From: Deltaproteobacteria bacterium
GTDB taxonomy: Bacteria > Myxococcota > JACPTQ01
NCBI GenBank assembly: GCA_016192705.1
Contig: JACPTQ010000072.1
Coordinates: 6,611-70,610, forward strand
Length of the DNA: 64,000 nt
Direction of reading: 5' to 3'
A program made the position numbers and the translations under genes. Positions within the stretch are counted from its first letter, which is position 1; each line of letters starts with the position of its first letter. The notes under the pieces were generated by a model. It was given only the letters and a program-made list of their open reading frames with translations, ran no database searches and was not told where the DNA came from. Positions 10,436-20,808 of this stretch are shown piece after piece.

Positions 10436-12414
10436 TGCCGCATCGGAAGAACGAGAGGCGAGGGCGTCCTCCAGCCGAACGGACCGGTGTCTTCGTTCGG
10501 AACCGGCGCGGGTTTGGTTTCATCGCTGAGGACGCGCACGCCGAAAACGTTTCGCGCGAGCCCGATGACGATCACTTTGTCGGGCCGACCGACACGGGGG
10601 ACGCCATGTCGGGTGATCGCGTGGCGTTCGTTGTTACGCGGCGTCGCGGTCGACCCGCCGCATGCGTCACGAAGGTCATCGAAAGACGGCGCGAATCGAT
10701 CGTCGGGACGTTGGCGATGCGCGCGCGCAATATGCTCTTCGTCCCGAACGACGAAGCGATCTCGCCCATCCCGGTTCGCGGAGCCGCGCAACTTCGCGAG
10801 GGGCGACTGGTCGTTGCCAAGGTTCGGCGTTACCCCTCGGCGGACGACGCGGGCGAGGTTGAAATTGCGCGTGATATCGGCGCGCCGAACGATGCGGGAG
10901 TTGAGGTCGACGTCGCCATCGAAACGCACGGCCTCGCGCGAGAGTTCCCGGTCGACGTTATTCGTGAAAGTGAGCGGGTTTCGTCGACCGTCACGGAGCG
11001 AGATTGGGCGGGCCGCCTCGATCTTCGGGCGCTCCCCTTCGTCACCATCGATGGTGACGACGCGCGTGACTTCGACGATGCCGTTTGCGTGGAGGTGGGC
11101 GAGAAAGGCGGTGTTACGCTCTGGGTCGCTATCGCCGATGTGTCGCATTATGTGCGACCAAGGAGCGCGCTGGATCGCGAGGCGGCGAAGCGCGGTGTGA
11201 GCGTCTATTTCCCGGGACGGGTCTTGCCGATGCTCCCCGAAACGCTCTCGAACGGGATCTGCAGTCTCAACCCGCATGTTGATCGGCTCGCATGGGTTGT
11301 CGAGATGCCGTTTGATCCGCGCGGCGCCCTGGCGCCGGCCAGGTTTCACGAGGCTGTGTTTCGCTCGCACGGCCGACTCACCTACAGCAACGTCGAGCGC
11401 GCACTTCACGACGAAAGCGCGCGGCTTCCGATCACGCGCGAGCATCTGTTGCGAATGCGCCACCTTGCGGAGCAGCTCGTGGCGCGGCGGGCCGAGGGAG
11501 GAAGTCTCGACCTCGACGTTGTCGAGGCCGTCGTGAAGTTGGGCGAAGATCTGCGTCCCGTCGATGTCGAGCGTCGCGAGCGCCTTTTCGCGCATCGTAT
11601 GATCGAAGAGTTCATGATTGCGACGAACGAAGCGGTGGGGCGTTTTTTTTCAAGACGGGACCTTCCGACGCTTTATCGGGTTCACGAGGTTCCGGAGCCA
11701 GACTCGCTCGCAGCTCTTGTGAAACTTGCGGAAGCCCTCGGGGTGCGGCGGCCGCGCGAACTGCCGACGACCCCCAAGCGCCTCGCGGAGTTTGCGGCGA
11801 GCTTTCCAACCGGCGCGGGTCGCGCGACGCTCTCGCGGGCACTTCTGCGTTCCCTCAAGGAGGCGCGGTACAGCGTTGAGAACGTGGGGCACTTTGGCCT
11901 GGCATCGCCCGACTATCTGCACTTCACGTCACCGATTCGTCGGTATCCCGACCTTGTCGTGCATCGCCTGCTTAAGTCGGCGACGCGGCGCGAGCGGCGC
12001 GCCAAAAAGGCAGAGGCCGCGATGGCGGCTGAGGTTGAAGCTCTTTCCGCTGTGGCGGTCGCGTCTTCAAACGCCGAGCGACGGGCGGTTGCGGCGGAGC
12101 GCGATGTCATGGCGCTTCACAAAGCGATGTTGATGGCGACGCGCATCGGCGACGTGCTTGATGGAACCGTTGTCGCCGTTAAGCCGTTCGGTGTGTTCGT
12201 TGAGCTCGACGATCCTTTCGTCGACGGGCTTGTCTCCACGCAATCACTTCCCGATGGTCCTTGGACGTTCGATCGCGAGCGCGAGGTTTTCGTGCCACCC
12301 CGACGTGGGCGTTTCATTCAGATGGGCGATCGGGTGCGCGTCGAGGTTTTGTCGGTCAGCGTGGCGCGCCGCCAGACGGACTTCCGGTGGGCTGGTTTTC
12401 TAGGAGCCCGATAA
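10435..12414 (+). CDS. rnr: RNase R / VacB family exoribonuclease
   Basis: Cold-shock GFGF motif, TIDGDDARDFDDA catalytic motif, HFTSPIRRYPDL, C-terminal S1 domain. Confidence 0.93.
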   Translation: MPHRKNERRGRPPAERTGVFVRNRRGFGFIAEDAHAENVSREPDDDHFVGPTDTGDAMSGDRVAFVVTRRRGRPAACVTKVIERRRESIVGTLAMRARNMLFVPNDEAISPIPVRGAAQLREGRLVVAKVRRYPSADDAGEVEIARDIGAPNDAGVEVDVAIETHGLAREFPVDVIRESERVSSTVTERDWAGRLDLRALPFVTIDGDDARDFDDAVCVEVGEKGGVTLWVAIADVSHYVRPRSALDREAAKRGVSVYFPGRVLPMLPETLSNGICSLNPHVDRLAWVVEMPFDPRGALAPARFHEAVFRSHGRLTYSNVERALHDESARLPITREHLLRMRHLAEQLVARRAEGGSLDLDVVEAVVKLGEDLRPVDVERRERLFAHRMIEEFMIATNEAVGRFFSRRDLPTLYRVHEVPEPDSLAALVKLAEALGVRRPRELPTTPKRLAEFAASFPTGAGRATLSRALLRSLKEARYSVENVGHFGLASPDYLHFTSPIRRYPDLVVHRLLKSATRRERRAKKAEAAMAAEVEALSAVAVASSNAERRAVAAERDVMALHKAMLMATRIGDVLDGTVVAVKPFGVFVELDDPFVDGLVSTQSLPDGPWTFDREREVFVPPRRGRFIQMGDRVRVEVLSVSVARRQTDFRWAGFLGAR

Positions 12415-13132
12415 GTGAGACCGACCATCGGATTTTTCTCGACCACGTCGCAAGTGGGATGTCGGGCACTTTGAGGGCAAACCGCTTTGCCTCGCGCGGC
12501 AGAACGGATGCGCCCTCACGCTCAAGGACCGGATGGAGAAAACGCCGCACGAGCGTGCCGCCGCCCTCGTCGAGAAAATCGACCGCGAGCTGAATCTCTC
12601 GAACAGCGCGTTCGCCGCGGTTCTGAACTTCGCCACTGATGACGGCGACTTTGCCATCCCGAAGGTCATCGACGGCCTGCGCGCGCAACTCTGGGAAATC
12701 GATATGGGGCCTATAAAAGAGCCCGGCTTCGTCTTCAAGCTGGACGCTCACACGAGCCGTCTTGGCCGCTTCGACGTTGACGCTTGACCTCGCCGTCCGA
12801 TGGTGAGGCGCGCGAATTTCTATTTGACGCGAGCCGGCGGCGATGTCGACTTCAATCGGGCAAACATCGCCCATCACGCGTTCGTCGATGCGAATCGATA
12901 CATTCTTGCTTGGTGTACATGAAATGATGAGACGGCCGGTTGGAATTGGCCGCGCGGCACCGGGTGTTCTCGGCGGCTGGGACGCGCGCGTCGCATCCGT
13001 TTCTCGGCGAGCATTTGCAACGGCGACGTCGGCAACGCATTTCGTCTCGGACCGCTCGGCGACACGCATCCCTCCGTAAAACGCACCGCCCCCAGAGAGC
13101 AGCGAAACCACGAGCCATGCGCCATCCTTCAT
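12356..13132 (-). CDS. Membrane-anchored PEGA-like plus FxLYD-like domain protein, last gene of the T2SS run
   Basis: N-terminal hydrophobic segment, PEGA-like VSIRIDE...GSRQIEIRAPH, C-terminal ISGEVQN.G...VDFLDEGG. Confidence 0.65.
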   Translation of the reverse strand: MKDGAWLVVSLLSGGGAFYGGMRVAERSETKCVADVAVANARRETDATRASQPPRTPGAARPIPTGRLIISCTPSKNVSIRIDERVMGDVCPIEVDIAAGSRQIEIRAPHHRTARSSVNVEAAKTARVSVQLEDEAGLFYRPHIDFPELRAQAVDDLRDGKVAVISGEVQNRGERAVREIQLAVDFLDEGGGTLVRRFLHPVLEREGASVLPREAKRFALKVPDIPLATWSRKIRWSVSLIGLLENQPTGSPSGGAPR

Positions 13133-13199
13133 TGCTTTCGTCCATCAATAAGAACTGGCCGATGTCGCCGCCGTATTCCACGCTTCAGGCTGCGCGGGG

Positions 13200-14390
13200 T
13201 CATCGTTTTGAATCGGGCAAAACTGCCGGTTTGGCGGGTCGCGGTGGCATGAGCCCAAACGGCTCAGTTGGCGCCGGAATCGCGCGGTCCGCTCGCGCCA
13301 TGGTTCCGCGAATGCGGAAACCGTACGATTTTGTCGACGAATTGTAGGCCGCCTTAAAATTCCCCATCGACGGGAGCATCGTAAGGATTTGATTGGCCTT
13401 GATGAACGACTCCGTGAAACGCACAGTTATCCATAGGTCGTAGTTCGAGTCCTTGAGGACGTTGTTGAGTCGTACGACGCCCTTGACACCAAGCTCCACG
13501 TCCGGCGACTTGATCCCGACTTTGTCAGGCGTCAGAAAGACCGTCCCCGCTTCCACGTCGAGTACGGCTGAAAGCGGCGTCAACGTCATGGCGGGAATTT
13601 TCTGCGTCGCGTCGACCGTCTCGCCCGGGTTTTCGCCGGGAAGTTTATATTTGTAATCAAATGACGGAAGCTGAAATGGCGAAATTTGGACCTCGATTTT
13701 CCCGATGGTTTCACTCCATCGCATGACGCTCGCTCCTTTGTCGCCACCCGCGGTTGGTCCCGAAAGATCGATTCTCGCGCCGACGGCGCCGGTCGGTGCG
13801 ACACCGAGTTTCGAATGAAGGACGGCGAGGCGGTCCAGGAGGATTCCTTTCGCGTCGGCTCTGACCGACCATTTTTTTGCACCCTTTGAAAAATCTGCGT
13901 TTAGCTCACCATCGGCAACGCGAAGCCCCAGCGAGACGTCAAGCCTCTTAGAAAACAGAAAGGGGAGAATCCCAACCCGCGCATGGAAGTCCTTGATGGT
14001 CAGACTTGGGCCGTCATCGCCCGCCGTACCGCCGCCTTCAGCGCGCGCGCCGGCGCGGCTTTCCGTGCGACGTGCGTCGGGTTTCGCCGATGCGGCCGTT
14101 GCAGCGCCCGATCGCGGATCGATTCGCGCGTCTGCGTCTCCAGCCTTTGTGGTTGCGCTGGGTTTGAAAGTTAACGTAATCGCTCGCGCTTGAATCCCCG
14201 AAAACCGATAAGTCGAAAGCCCCGTAAACTCGACCTTTGCCCCGAGCGCTTGTGAGATGTCGCCTCGGTATCGATCGAGAACGGCGGCGACTGGAAAGTT
14301 CAGATACGTAAAAAAGGCAAGGAGGGCGAGGGCACCGAAGATCGATGCGACAACACGGAGGGCCGCCCGAAGCCGGGTGCGGGCCGCCAT
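13200..14390 (-). CDS. gspN: Type II secretion protein N
   Basis: N-terminal TM followed by YLNFP, beta-rich body, position after gspM. Confidence 0.75.
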   Translation of the reverse strand: MAARTRLRAALRVVASIFGALALLAFFTYLNFPVAAVLDRYRGDISQALGAKVEFTGLSTYRFSGIQARAITLTFKPSATTKAGDADARIDPRSGAATAASAKPDARRTESRAGARAEGGGTAGDDGPSLTIKDFHARVGILPFLFSKRLDVSLGLRVADGELNADFSKGAKKWSVRADAKGILLDRLAVLHSKLGVAPTGAVGARIDLSGPTAGGDKGASVMRWSETIGKIEVQISPFQLPSFDYKYKLPGENPGETVDATQKIPAMTLTPLSAVLDVEAGTVFLTPDKVGIKSPDVELGVKGVVRLNNVLKDSNYDLWITVRFTESFIKANQILTMLPSMGNFKAAYNSSTKSYGFRIRGTMARADRAIPAPTEPFGLMPPRPAKPAVLPDSKR

Positions 14391-15328
14391 CAGCGTTTCC
14401 CTCGTGCGGGGCCCGGCGCTGGCAGCTTTACGGGAAAAGGCGGCTCAACGCGCGGTGTGACAAGGCCGGGTGGCGCAATTTCGCTGGCGCGTGGGCGGAC
14501 AATGGCGTCACGTCGGAGGAGCGAGGGAATGCGGAGGGGCGTTGGCGCCGCAGCGCCCGCCGGAGAGACCACGGGAGCGGGCGGTGATGCCGTTGGCGCC
14601 GGCAATGAAGGCGCTTTCGTTACGGTCGGCGTTGGGACGCTGGGCGCCGAGGGACCTGGCGACGCTTTAGTCGAAGCCGGACCAAGCGCTGGTGCTGCCG
14701 GTGGCGCTGCTCCCGTTGCGCCGCCAGGTCGAGGCGGTTGGCCCCGCGTTCCGGGAGGTTCCGCCGGAGCGCCCGCGGGTGTTTCGCCGCCACCCTTCAA
14801 GTGAAATGTCGACACAGTGAAGCGGACCTCACGGAAGTTGTTGTCGCCCTTGTAGTCGAGACGCAGTTCACGAATGAGCGCCACCGCCTGGCTGCTTTCC
14901 ACCTCCATCAACAGTTTGACGACCTTGTCGTAGGCGACGTTTGTAAGACGCGCCTCCATGCTGACTTCCTCGACGTCGGTTGGTTTAGCCGGCGTTGGAA
15001 CGGGACGGTCTTTGAGGTCGTCGATGGTGACGCCGATGTTACGTGCGACACCCTCCAAGTATCGCCGCAGCTGCGGCGGTTGGATTCGCAGGATGTTTTC
15101 CCGCTCGCGCAACTTGGCCTGCCTCTTCAAGTAAACGTCGCGCCCGCCATAGAGCGTTTCAAGGTGCGCGCGGTTGGCTTCGAGTCGCCGCTCTCGGGCC
15201 TTGTGTTTCCCCGAAGTGATCTGCCAAGCGAGGGCCGTTCCGCCGACGACGATCACACCGGCCAGCACGACAAGGAGTGCGCGATCGCGCGGCGACAGTC
15301 TCTCAAGTGCTGTAGCAAGCGCCGACAT
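14390..15328 (-). CDS. gspM: Type II secretion protein M with Pro/Ala-rich tail
   Basis: LSPRDR+TM motif typical of GspM; TGATG coupling to gspL. Confidence 0.8.
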   Translation of the reverse strand: MSALATALERLSPRDRALLVVLAGVIVVGGTALAWQITSGKHKARERRLEANRAHLETLYGGRDVYLKRQAKLRERENILRIQPPQLRRYLEGVARNIGVTIDDLKDRPVPTPAKPTDVEEVSMEARLTNVAYDKVVKLLMEVESSQAVALIRELRLDYKGDNNFREVRFTVSTFHLKGGGETPAGAPAEPPGTRGQPPRPGGATGAAPPAAPALGPASTKASPGPSAPSVPTPTVTKAPSLPAPTASPPAPVVSPAGAAAPTPLRIPSLLRRDAIVRPRASEIAPPGLVTPRVEPPFPVKLPAPGPARGKR

Positions 15329-16896
15329 CAACAACCCGGCTCGATCGAAATCCGAAACTGGATGCGATCGCTGATGCCGCTCTTTCGTGACTCCGGTATC
15401 GTGACGCGCGTGAAACACTTGTGCGTTTTCAAGTTTTGCTCCACCTCCGAAAGCTGTTCTTGCGAATCGATCTCCCCGCGAACGTCAATCGACCTGGGCC
15501 CAACGGCAAACGACAAAACGTCCAACTTCACTGGGATTTTCGATTCAGGCCGCGCCCGCGCGTACTTTGCGAAATCACCCCAGTAATCAAGCGCGCTGAC
15601 CTCCGGCATCCGCTGCTCGTCAGATGGTCCGCCGACGCCGAGCTGATTCAGCGCCACACTAAACTCAAAAATCTCCTTTCCAAAAATGACCTTTGTAATT
15701 CGTTTGAGCTCGCCCTTTTGAGCGTCCTCTTTCGCCGAGAGGAGACCGCCGCGCGACACCAGCGAGAAAATGAGCAGCGCGACGAGTGCGATGATCGACG
15801 CGGCGATTCGACCGGCCCGCTCCTTGACGATGTCGAGATTGGCCGTCAAAACGAACTCGTCCTTGCGAAGGTTGATCGGCGGAGTCTTTGAGCCGGTGAC
15901 GCCACGAAGCGCAAGCCCAAGCGCCTTACACGCAAGGTCGCCCACCTCCGCTTCGTGGGGAATCGAGTCGGTGGTTCCCGCGAGTGGCCGAAAACGTTCG
16001 ACGGCCGTGCCAAGCTCATGCGCGAGATGCCCGTCAAGACCACGGATTCGCGACCCACCCCCAACGAGCAAAATCCGCTCGACTTGCGCATTTCCGGCTG
16101 CGTGGTAACTGAGCAACGTGCGCTTGATGTCGAGCGCGAGCGGCGCGACAGCCGACAGCGCGGCTCGGCGCAAAATCGCTTCCGTGTCGGTTAACGTCGC
16201 GCGCTCCTCAATCGACAACGAATCGTGCTTAAGGCCGGCCGCCGATTCCTCGTCAACACCGAGGGCCTTTGCGATGGCGCGCGTCACATGGGCGCCGCCG
16301 CGCGACAGCGTTCGCGTGAAGGCAAAATCCCCGTTTTCGATAATGACGATGTCCGTCGTGAGGTGCCCCACGTCGATAAGGGCAATCGGCTCGGTCGCTC
16401 CGGATAAAGACTGCGACGCCAACGACGCAAACGCGAGCGGAGCAAGGGTGATGACCCGCGGTTCCGCCGGAGTCCCCGCGAAAGGCCGCAGTGTTTCGGC
16501 GATGACTTTCTTCGGGGCGACGACAACGAAAACCTCAGAGCCCTCGCGCCGCGACGTCATTCGGAAGTGATCGAAAACGACATCCGTTATTTCGAATGGG
16601 ACAGCCTCCTCGACTTGGAAGGGAAGGGCGGCTTCTATTTTGCGCGGGTCAACAAACGGGAACTGCAAACGCCGCGTGGAGGCGCGATCACCACGCACGC
16701 CGACCACGACGCCCTCGCCGCCGAGTCGATGGTCCGCGACGATGCGAGCGACGGTTGAGGCGACATCTTCAGAGGCGCCGCCGCGGATGCGTTCTTCATG
16801 AAACGCGACAACCCGATAGCTCCGGAACGTCGCAAGGATCTCGACAACTTTGACTGAGTAACTTCCAACGTCGATCCCAATGAAGCGTTGCGGCAT
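15328..16896 (-). CDS. gspL: Type II secretion protein L (PilM-like actin-fold domain + TM + PilN-like domain)
   Basis: IGIDVGSYSVK, IDVGH, ILLVGGGSRI, TM near the C-terminus; TAATG coupling to gspK. Confidence 0.85.
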   Translation of the reverse strand: MPQRFIGIDVGSYSVKVVEILATFRSYRVVAFHEERIRGGASEDVASTVARIVADHRLGGEGVVVGVRGDRASTRRLQFPFVDPRKIEAALPFQVEEAVPFEITDVVFDHFRMTSRREGSEVFVVVAPKKVIAETLRPFAGTPAEPRVITLAPLAFASLASQSLSGATEPIALIDVGHLTTDIVIIENGDFAFTRTLSRGGAHVTRAIAKALGVDEESAAGLKHDSLSIEERATLTDTEAILRRAALSAVAPLALDIKRTLLSYHAAGNAQVERILLVGGGSRIRGLDGHLAHELGTAVERFRPLAGTTDSIPHEAEVGDLACKALGLALRGVTGSKTPPINLRKDEFVLTANLDIVKERAGRIAASIIALVALLIFSLVSRGGLLSAKEDAQKGELKRITKVIFGKEIFEFSVALNQLGVGGPSDEQRMPEVSALDYWGDFAKYARARPESKIPVKLDVLSFAVGPRSIDVRGEIDSQEQLSEVEQNLKTHKCFTRVTIPESRKSGISDRIQFRISIEPGC

Positions 16897-18170
16897 TACT
16901 CTTCCCTCCAATAGAGCAGTTTCCCGCCAGGCGGGCCGTTGTCGAGGATCGCCGTGACTTTCTTGCGCGTGATTTCTGAGGTGTTCGGCTCGTCGCCCAC
17001 GACCTCAACGACGCGGACCTCAATTCTGAAAACGCGACTCTGCACATCGATGGCACCCAAGAGCGCCGCCTCGTCGAGTGCAATCACCGTCTTGAACGCA
17101 TCAACGAACTCTTGCGCGCCCTTAATGCCGCCCCCAAACAGCGGATCGCGTCGACGCAGATACTCGTTCACCGCTTTCTCAAGAGTTGGATTATTCGGAT
17201 CGAGCAGCCGGTCAAATTTGTCCTTCGCGTACGCGCGAATCAACGTCAAAACGACATCGCGACTCGCCGTTGTAACGTTGACGCGGCCCGCACCGTAGAC
17301 CGTGAAATCGGGCTCGAACACTTCGCGCATCAATTTGTCGCTCATGCCGCGCACGAGATGAAGCTCCTTGATGCTGTCGAACTTTGCGTTTTTCGATTTG
17401 TAAGAATCCCTCAACGATTGATAGTGCGACTCTTCGTAGCCACCGCCGATGCGTTCGGTATCGGTGTCCATCCAATCGACGATCGCCGCCGCAAGGTCCT
17501 CGCGCGTCGTCGTCTGGCCGTCGGGGTCGCGTTCTTGAAAGTACTTTTCCCACTCGGGGCCCTGCAGGCGCGCAAGAACGTGCTGCACGATCGCCTTCGA
17601 TTCCTCGATGGTGCAACATTTATTGAGATTGAATTTTCGGTCTTCGTCGGTGACGGTGCACCGCGCCTGAAACGGAAGCCCGAGGAACCCGACGCTTTTC
17701 GGTTTCTTTTCTTTCGGCGCTTCACCGGATCGTGTCGTTGTTGACGGGGCGCCCGGTGGCCGCGTCGGCGAGCGATCGTCTTTTTTCTTTTCTTCGGGCA
17801 TCGTGAGCGCGCCAAGCCCAATCTCCGCAAGGATTTGGTTGATATTGCCGCCCGACGACAGTGTGCGCAAAAGTTCAGTTCGACAAAAGTCGATCGACGC
17901 GGGGCCTACGTTCAGATTCCAAAGTTGAATGTTCGTTCCGATCTGGCGCTGCATCGGGTCAACGAATGTTTTTTGTGCGTGGAGAAGCGCGCGCATCATG
18001 TTGAACGCCGAATGCGCGATTTGGTTCGCCTGAACGTCGTCGCGGGTGAGCGCGCTGCGATCGATTTTCGCCTGCGTGTTGAACTGGAATTCGTACACCA
18101 TCACGGAAAGAACCGCGAGCACCGTGAGGACCATGAGCAACGCGAATCCGTTTGACGCACGCTTTTTCAA
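16896..18170 (-). CDS. gspK: Minor pseudopilin K
   Basis: G|FALLMVL leader, DEDRKFNLN, AIVDWMDTD, GRVNVTTAS. Confidence 0.9.
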   Translation of the reverse strand: MKKRASNGFALLMVLTVLAVLSVMVYEFQFNTQAKIDRSALTRDDVQANQIAHSAFNMMRALLHAQKTFVDPMQRQIGTNIQLWNLNVGPASIDFCRTELLRTLSSGGNINQILAEIGLGALTMPEEKKKDDRSPTRPPGAPSTTTRSGEAPKEKKPKSVGFLGLPFQARCTVTDEDRKFNLNKCCTIEESKAIVQHVLARLQGPEWEKYFQERDPDGQTTTREDLAAAIVDWMDTDTERIGGGYEESHYQSLRDSYKSKNAKFDSIKELHLVRGMSDKLMREVFEPDFTVYGAGRVNVTTASRDVVLTLIRAYAKDKFDRLLDPNNPTLEKAVNEYLRRRDPLFGGGIKGAQEFVDAFKTVIALDEAALLGAIDVQSRVFRIEVRVVEVVGDEPNTSEITRKKVTAILDNGPPGGKLLYWREE

Positions 18171-18886
18171 TATTTCACCGGGTCCTTGTACATCATGACT
18201 TTTGTCTGCGTTGTCAGCGTCAGATCCCGCCCTTGGTCATCGAGAATCGTGACTGAGATTTTGATTCGCTCGGGCAGCCGATCCGGTTGGCCGTCGACCG
18301 ACTCCGTGTCCCAACTGTCTTTCCAGCAATCCTCTTTACAGTCCTTTCCGTCCCAATACCGCAACTCGACCTTCTTCACATTCTCCGCGACCACGTGCGG
18401 AATTCCGCCGCGTTCTGGTTCGTCGTCGAGCCGCCGCGACTCTCGCCGCATGAAGTTGTACAGCCCGAGGTCGCGGCCGCGTCGCTTGTCGTCGGCCTTT
18501 TTCCCACGGCCAGCGCGGAACGATTCACGCTCCCCGAAGTAAGTGATTTCGCACTGATCCGACTCATGACTGTTCTTGTAGAGCCGCATGTGCGAGAGCG
18601 ATGCGAAAACGACCTTCGACACGGGACGTTCGTCCTTCGCCTGAAAAATCGTTTTCACGCGTCGCTCGCCGATCGTCGGAATGTTCCGAGAAAGGTAAGC
18701 CATCGACAGGTCGCGAACCATGCGCGTCATGGCCATTCTCACGCCCTCGTACGAATCGAGCTGGCGTTCGAGCTCCTCTTTGGAGTCAAAGCTCTGCGCG
18801 AATCCGCCCCACACGAGTGTCATCATCATCGCCGTCAGGAACACCGCGAGCAGCGTCTCCGCGAGCGTCATCCCTCGCTGCCTCAT
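18167..18886 (-). CDS. gspJ: Minor pseudopilin J
   Basis: RG|MTLAE prepilin motif, W.DSWD...LPERIKI; ATGA coupling. Confidence 0.88.
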   Translation of the reverse strand: MRQRGMTLAETLLAVFLTAMMMTLVWGGFAQSFDSKEELERQLDSYEGVRMAMTRMVRDLSMAYLSRNIPTIGERRVKTIFQAKDERPVSKVVFASLSHMRLYKNSHESDQCEITYFGERESFRAGRGKKADDKRRGRDLGLYNFMRRESRRLDDEPERGGIPHVVAENVKKVELRYWDGKDCKEDCWKDSWDTESVDGQPDRLPERIKISVTILDDQGRDLTLTTQTKVMMYKDPVKY

Positions 18887-19608
18887 CTCGCCGCCCCCAC
18901 CGAACCGATGCGCCCGGACGTCGCCGGCACCGCAGCCCCCGACGTCGCCGCGCCCACGAGCCCGGCCGCTGCACCCGCCGCTGCGGGCGTAACCCCCGGA
19001 ATCGCACCCGCCGAAATGCCCGCCGGCAGGCCACCCGGCTTCAAGTTGACGAGGTGCGTGACCAGCGAAAACGACTCCCATTCGCGCGAATCTTTCCCTT
19101 CCCTCCATTTGACGGTGACGCGCAACTCGCGAATCAGCTCCTCGAGTTGCTCTTGAATCATCTGCACGGGCCCCTTGAAATTCGCGAGCATCGCGACGAC
19201 GCTTCCGCGCGCATCGGCCGGCGTCGGCCCGCTCGGCCGCGCTGGATCTGACATCGCCGCAGCAGCGGCCGCTTGGACCTCACCCGCTTTCGCCGCCGTC
19301 GCTTCGAGCATCTGCGAAATCGGCAGTTCAATCCGCTTGAGCGTCCACTCACAGCGATACATCGGCAGGTCGCGGTTACACTCCTCGTCGCCTTCCTTAT
19401 CGAACTCCCCAAAGCCGTCGATCGCAAACTGATGTTCGAGATCGAGCACCTTCGCGCGCGCGACGGCGACCGCGCCGATCGTGTCTTTCGCGATGTTTGC
19501 CCTTGAGAATGTTTGGCTCTGCCCCACCATAATGACGCCCATATTGATGGCCAAAACCGCCAGCGCCACCATTACCTCCAGCAGCGTAAATCCTTCTTCT
19601 CTCCTCAC
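18883..19608 (-). CDS. gspI: Minor pseudopilin I
   Basis: EG|FTLLEVMVALAVL; operon position. Confidence 0.82.
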   Translation of the reverse strand: MRREEGFTLLEVMVALAVLAINMGVIMVGQSQTFSRANIAKDTIGAVAVARAKVLDLEHQFAIDGFGEFDKEGDEECNRDLPMYRCEWTLKRIELPISQMLEATAAKAGEVQAAAAAAMSDPARPSGPTPADARGSVVAMLANFKGPVQMIQEQLEELIRELRVTVKWREGKDSREWESFSLVTHLVNLKPGGLPAGISAGAIPGVTPAAAGAAAGLVGAATSGAAVPATSGRIGSVGAAR

Positions 19609-20267
19609 GGGATCGTCTCCTGCGCCTCGGCACCACGCTCACGCTTCTCCTCATCCGGCACTGGAATGAGACCCTGTTCGACGTCGACCCGCCCGAGGTA
19701 GGGGTGAACAATGAGCGTGACGATGTGATCGTCGTCCGAGCTGAGATAAATGTACGCGCGCTCGGCGTAACCAAGCGGAAAGAAACGCAGGACCACCACA
19801 CCTTTTTTAACCATCCCCTCAAACGCTGGAGTCCACGCGCCGTGAATCCGCGTCGGCGCAGGGATCTTGACGTTTTTCTTTTCTGAATCGAGAAGCCCCG
19901 GAAAAGGATCGAAGCCACCGCCGCCGCCCGGGAGGGCTGAACTTCCCGTCCCCTCAGTTCTCTTCTTCTCGTCAAAAATTGTCTCACCATCACGAACGCG
20001 CACGACTTCAGGATCGAGGAGGTCGGCTTCAAGCGATGCGTCGAGGCTGTAGGTTTGCGCATCGAGATCGAGCGTGATTTTAACTTGCGCCGACTGCAGC
20101 GCCGCGGTGTCAAACGCCATGCGAATCGTCCCCGACAAGCGCAACGCCGTCGCGTCAACTTCTGACATATCGATGGCGCGCACGCCGAGCGTTACAACAC
20201 CGAACGCGAGCGACACGATGAGCATCACCGCCATGATCTCAAAAAGTGTAAAGCCGGAGCGCTTCAT
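19605..20267 (-). CDS. gspH: Minor pseudopilin H
   Basis: SG|FTLFEIM; FFPLG motif; operon position. Confidence 0.82.
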   Translation of the reverse strand: MKRSGFTLFEIMAVMLIVSLAFGVVTLGVRAIDMSEVDATALRLSGTIRMAFDTAALQSAQVKITLDLDAQTYSLDASLEADLLDPEVVRVRDGETIFDEKKRTEGTGSSALPGGGGGFDPFPGLLDSEKKNVKIPAPTRIHGAWTPAFEGMVKKGVVVLRFFPLGYAERAYIYLSSDDDHIVTLIVHPYLGRVDVEQGLIPVPDEEKRERGAEAQETIP

Positions 20268-20797
20268 CGCTTGTCCGTTTTTCGCTCCTCAGTGAAGACG
20301 TCGTCGTCCGTGCCGTCGGCCTTATCCGGCCCCTTCGAGTGGATCTCGAATCCGCTCGCATCCGACTTCTTAAGATAAAGATACGGCTGGTCCCACGGGT
20401 CGAGTGGAACTTTGCCGCCCTCGAGATATTTTGACACCTCTTCGAGCGTGTCCGGAAACGACCGGTGCGTCGTGCGATACGTTTTCACCGCGGTGTTGAG
20501 ATTCCCGATCTGAATGCGCGCCGTTCGCACCTCGCCTTCCTTCAGCGCATTCACAACCGCGACGCCGACGACCCCCGCAATGAGCCCGATGATGGCGATG
20601 ACGACCATGATCTCGACAAGCGAAAAGCCTCTTGGCCGCGCTCGCGATAGGGGCCTGTCTGCGTCGTTGCCTTCGTCGCTCGCGCCCTCAACGTACATAA
20701 GAGTACGCCTCGGGCTCTCACTCCTCGGCGCCTTGCATCCAGACCCTTCTCGCGAGCCCGGATCCAACTTCATCTCGTTCTCTTCTTTCTCTTCCAT
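20264..20797 (-). CDS. gspG: Major pseudopilin G (start uncertain; 20698 is an alternative)
   Basis: RG|FSLVEIMVVIAIIG, PLDPWDQPY, SKGPDKADGTDDD; GAGGAGG upstream of ATG 20797. Confidence 0.9.
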   Translation of the reverse strand: MEEKEENEMKLDPGSREGSGCKAPRSESPRRTLMYVEGASDEGNDADRPLSRARPRGFSLVEIMVVIAIIGLIAGVVGVAVVNALKEGEVRTARIQIGNLNTAVKTYRTTHRSFPDTLEEVSKYLEGGKVPLDPWDQPYLYLKKSDASGFEIHSKGPDKADGTDDDVFTEERKTDKR

Positions 20798-20808
20798 CTC
20801 TCTCCTCC